A stretch of 64,000 nucleotides of DNA from positions 62,001 to 126,000 of the forward strand of contig NIVC01000189.1 of NCBI GenBank assembly GCA_002269645.1, written 5' to 3'. The translations under genes and the position numbers were made by a program. Positions 59,284 to 64,000 of the stretch are shown here, one piece after another (positions within the stretch are counted from its first letter, which is position 1; each line of letters begins with the position of its first letter). The notes beneath the pieces were generated by a model. That model was not told the DNA's origin, made no database searches, and saw only the letters and a list, made by a program, of their open reading frames with translations. This DNA is from Macrostomum lignano. Its lineage: Eukaryota.

Positions 59284-59805
59284 TGCTAGATCAGTAAATC
59301 ATCTATCGCTGGAATTTTTTTGCTAGATTGACTAGACAAGAGACAACAGTGCACTGCGGCACCTAGCAGTCTGCCATGTACAACATGATCAAATATGAGA
59401 TATGATAAAATTAAAAATGATGTAACCAAGAATCTTCTATCTTAACCTAGTTAGGGAACTGCAATTAATTGTTATAGGATCCCAATCCTAATCAATATTT
59501 ATTTTAATCAGTTTTGATAAATGTAATTTAAAAAAATTCTACTTAAGCTAATTACATACATGCCCAACCTCAAAATTTCACCTATCTGGTGCAACTTGGT
59601 TTTGTCTAGATTTGCAGCTTAGTTCTCCTAATTGTGACTTAATTTTCACTTTGTATATGACTTTTATTGTATTTTTTTCTTTTCCTCTCTTTTTCCCTCT
59701 CTTCTTTCCTCTCTTTCTCTTTTTTTCCTTTCTTTTCCTTTTCTCTTCCTTTCTTTTTTCTCCCAATTTTTTGTTTTTTTGCATTTTTGATCTTGCAACT
59801 TACCT

Positions 59806-60162
59806 TATTTATTAGAAGCAGGGGGTTGTGTGCACCCTGGCACACTTTAAGCGGCATAGGTATATAACTGGCAAGAGACATTACTGCCCAGTCCGCCGAC
59901 TCCCCTGAGCAGGCATACAAGCGCGCGGATACATACATAGGCACACACTCACATAGGAGTGTATAGCGGCCCTAACTTTTTTTTATCATTAGGCATGTAC
60001 ACTTCACTATGCCTTGGGGGGTTGGCTTTCAAGGCCGTTAATTGCACAAGCAGAGCCAAGCCAAGATTCCAATTCAGCCCTAAATTAATGTGACTACACT
60101 TGGAATCAAGCCTGGGTTGCTGGCACACTAGAGCAGCTGCGTTACCGCTAGGCTACGGCCCC
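59806..60162 (-). mobile_element. tRNA-derived SINE, family A, copy 2
   Basis: Reverse complement begins GGGGCCGTAGCCTAGCGGTAACG (A box)...GGCTTGATTCC (B box); colinear with 24302-24640. Confidence 0.72.
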
Positions 60163-61638
60163 TTCCTGCAACTTACCCCTATTAAAATAAGTTTCAAAAA
60201 CCTGTAGATGCGCGACACAGGTGCCAAAATTATGCCCTCAAAAGCTTGATACAACACCAAATTTTGTTGACTGGGGGGCGGCAATGCAACGCCAATGTCT
60301 ATTGACACAATGACCAGGGGGGGGGGGAGGACGCCATAGCAGCCACGTTGCAATTGACAATTCCTGTTTGGCCGTTCAATCCCGATACCAGGACCATGGG
60401 GCAAGTGATAAGAGTATTCCTTTCAATTTTGCGGAAAAAGAAATAAAATTTAAAAACAATAAACAGTAAAACAAAGGTACAACACTTAGAAAAACAGCAC
60501 ACACATTGTAACTAACAAGTAACATTTCTAAAAATTATATTTGAAGTATTAGTTACTTTACCTCAAAATAAAAAATAACAATTCAAGAACTTTTTATTAT
60601 CAAACATGTTTGAAACATTTAAATACCGAAAAAAACAGTGAACACAGTTTGCAAGGTTTTGGCTACAGGTCTAGGCCGCAACACGACACATGACATGCCA
60701 TCTATCAAGTTGCCACACTGTCACGACGCATGACGACACTAGGTTTCCACAGTGTCGCGCAACGCGACATACTACTTGACACCACTATTGCGCAACGCGA
60801 CACCAGGAGAATCCAAAAATGCAACGGACAGTCGTCCGAATTTTGTCAACTTTTTCCAATAGGGCAACTTACCTTAGCTAGTGGCCATTTTACCCATTCA
60901 GTTTGGACAGGTCAGACAGGAGTTAAGCATATATGCTTAATTAACTTTTTATATATGCATAAATTAAAAAAAACCTTATTGATTTTGCTTCTATTTGCAT
61001 CTCTTACTTCTATACACTTTGTTATACTGCATATCAGTTACACAATATACAAACCATGGTAAACTCATCAACACAGTTGACAAATAAAAAGTTGACAAGT
61101 TTACCTGGATCTGATTTTTGTGCTATTTAACTAACTAGGTCTAGTCTTATTTTTCATTGAAAATCTGGAAACTAATTCAGAATAAAAATCTGAATTTTGC
61201 TAGCCTAGGCTAGACCATACCTGTAGGGGACTAGGTGGCTAGGAATAGGCCTAGCTATTTTCTATTTTTTAGTCTGGATCATACTAAGTTGAGTGCATGC
61301 CAGAATACTAATGCACACCAATGCCAAGCAGATGCATGCCAACACTAATCACAGTTGCAACAATAAAGGACCCTATTGCAGTTGCAACAATAAAGGACTT
61401 TTTAGCCATTTTTAATTTCCATAATAAACTAACAATTTTAAACTAATTTAATGCTATAGCCAAGATATGTTTATATACTACATAAATGTATCTACTAAAA
61501 TGTGTATGTTTCTAATAATTTAAAAATATATATCTTACTATATATATCTTACTACTATTATATAACTCCAAAAATCACTTATCTAATTAATTAGGCCTAT
61601 TAATCCTCTAATTATCAAGACATTCTATTATATTTATA

Positions 61639-62424
61639 GGCTCATTCCATATAAGATGGACATTTTTGGAAAATAGAAAAAAGTCAATATTTTTGCTTGC
61701 CATTGCCTTATCAGCCATTTTTTTACCAAATGTTTTTTATGTGTAATATCTACAATCTAAGAATAAATGAATGATAAAATGTTAGATTAGTATGCTATCA
61801 AGTGGCAAAAAGTCATTTTTGTAAAAATTTAGACATTTTTCTAAGCAAAAGACATCATTAAGTTTGTGTACCTTTTAAAAACAAATAGAAAGCTTTGGAA
61901 GGTTGAAACAAACTATAGATAAAAGTATAGTACTTGCATCATCAGATAAAAGTATTGGTGACCAAATAATCTATTATATTTTTAATATATTGGTACCTCA
62001 AAGTTACTGAATTGACAGAAAAAAATATTTTACGACCATAATGTTACGACCATAAGGCTGCCTTTTCTTTTGTATCTTTGTTGCCTTTTTGAGTTTATAT
62101 ATTCTACAAAAAGAGTATGATTACTAAAGATGTTCTGAGTCAAATTTTAAAAAATGTATTGCAAAATATCAAAAATAAAAATGTTATAAGACTTTTACCT
62201 TTTAGTTTCTATATGTCAAAAATCCTGTTGTTACGACCATAAGTGCCATTCAAGGTTTAATAGCATCTATACTAATGATGATATCTACATGAAACTCTAT
62301 AAAAATATTTTTGACAAAATTATCTTTCATTTAAAATATTGGTTTAGTATATTCTATTATTATATTTCATTTTATAAGTAAAAATAGCCTGTCATGTTAC
62401 GACCATGCTTATATGGAATGAGCC
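61639..62424. mobile_element. Non-autonomous DNA transposon (786 bp) with TA/TATA TSD
   Basis: Perfect 17-bp TIR GGCTCATTCCATATAAG / CTTATATGGAATGAGCC flanked by TATA on both sides; internal TTACGACCAT(A) repeats. Confidence 0.85.
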
Positions 62425-62869
62425 TATATTACTTTATTATCAATCTATTATATGTCATAGTATACTATAAGGGCTTTATTGGCATGCCATAATGCATATT
62501 GCATGGCAATTATATATATTGACAATTATATATTCTTTTAGTTGCATAGGGCCTACCATATATATTAACACAAGCTGTTGAAACCCGCGGATTTTGAACC
62601 CGGGGAATTCCAATCCCCGGAACTACTTTTGCATGTATTCTGAAATCTAAGGCCATACACAAACAAAAACTTGTTAATAGTGAGTAGGATAGAGGTAGAC
62701 ATAAAATGAAGCACATTTGTGTAAAATTAGGATTTGAGGCAAACATTGATATTGTTGTCTGGGGTACTGCGCAGAATGTCAGGCAATGTCTGTCTGACTC
62801 TAAAACATGTATGGGCAAACTCTGGCCTCTCCCTGCCTCTCCCTACGTCCCTTGGATCCTTTAAAATTT

Positions 62870-63470
62870 CTATCGTCTCTTCTGTTTCCTCTCTTCTCTC
62901 TCGTCCCTCGTCTCTCCTCTCTCATCTCTCCCCTCTTCTCTCGTATCTTCCCTCATCTCTCTTCTCTTTCATCTCTCTTCTCTTTCATCTTTCTTATCTC
63001 ATCTCATGTCTCTTCTTTTCTCTCTCCTCTCCTCTCTCCTCTCTACTTTTTCGTTTTCTCTCTCCTCTCCTCTCTCCTCTCTACTCTTTCGTTTTCTCTC
63101 TCCTCTCCTCTCTCCTCTCCCATCTTTTCTCGTATCTTCCCTCATCTCTCTTTTCTTTCATTTCTCTTATCTCATCTCTTCCCTCTTCTTTTCTCTCTCC
63201 TCTCCTCTCTCCTCTCCCCCCTCTTCTCTCGTCTCTTCCTTCTCCTCTCTATTCTTTTCTCTCTTCTCTTAACTGTCTCCTCTACTCTCTCATCTCTCCT
63301 CTCTACTCGTTCCTCTCTCTCTCTCTCCTCTCATCTCTTCTTTCCTCTCTCCTCTCTCCCCTCTTCTCTCGTCTCTTCCCTCACCTCTTTTTTCTCTCTC
63401 GCCTTTGCTCTTTCATCTTTCCTTTCTTTTCTTTTATCTTTTCTCTCTTATCTCTTCTCATTTCTCTCTG

Positions 63471-63564
<94 letters not shown>

Positions 63565-64000
63565 GTCTTTCTCTCTTATCTCTCCTCCTCTCTCTACTCT
63601 CTCCCCTCTCCATTCTCCTCTTTCCTCTCCTCTCTCCTCACTCACTTCTCTACATTTGTCTCTCTTCTCTCCTCTCGTCTCCGTAATCTCTTATTTCTTC
63701 TCTGTTCTCTCTACTCTCCCATCTTTCATCTGTTCACTCTCGTCTCTGCTCTCTCATCCCCCTCTTTAATCTGGCATCTCAGTCTTATATGTTCTCTCAC
63801 CTCTCTCCTCTGTACTCTTTTCTTTCCCCTCTTTTGACTCCTCACTTTCCTTTCTCCTTACTTTTTTCTCTTCTCTTCCCTTTTCTATACTCTCTCTCCC
63901 TCTCTTCTCTCTCTCTCTCTCTCTCGAGTCTCCTCTCTCCTTTATCTCTCATCTCTCATTTCTCATCTCTCCTTCCACCTCTCTCATCTCTACAACCTTG
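62870..64000. repeat. CT-rich low-complexity tract with pure (CT)n core at ~63472-63558
   Basis: Direct reading; the long ORFs here are low-complexity artefacts. Confidence 0.95.

Noticed and set aside
62734-63837. 320-367 aa Leu/Ser-rich ORFs
   Set aside because: CT low-complexity tract cannot encode stops; not a gene.

Overview
Eukaryotic (invertebrate animal) genomic DNA: GC-rich exons, GT-AG introns, many intronic minisatellites. The style recalls macrostomid flatworms, but that is only a guess. (1) 58-26277 (+): a 5'-truncated giant gene of at least 37 exons (about 2,600 aa in this window). It has a tandemly duplicated exon array encoding about 24 copies of an unrecognised ~55-aa helical repeat, a long coiled coil built largely from 105-nt phase-0 exons, and a terminal exon matching the ninein/NINL C-terminal motif. 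(2) 28429-36556 (-), possibly extending to 39815: a convergent PHACTR gene with an intact PP1-binding tail but only two intact RPEL motifs. (3) 41-47.6 kb: a mariner relic and a Ty3/gypsy-type LTR element. The element has Gag capsid + CCHC knuckle, a canonical -1 frameshift signal (U UUA AAC + stem), then a cold-shock domain, coiled coil and retropepsin, with no visible RT/RNaseH/integrase. This is the most unusual object in the window. (4) 46.7-56 kb: a ~4.8-kb tandem duplication, each unit holding an LTR-like repeat and a permuted NlpC/P60 (PPPDE/LRAT-like) thiol-hydrolase gene; copy B has one in-frame TGA. (5) Two tRNA-derived SINE families (one with a CORE domain), two MITEs with TSDs, and microsatellites. 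All exon boundaries and alignments were read by eye; no database searches were run.
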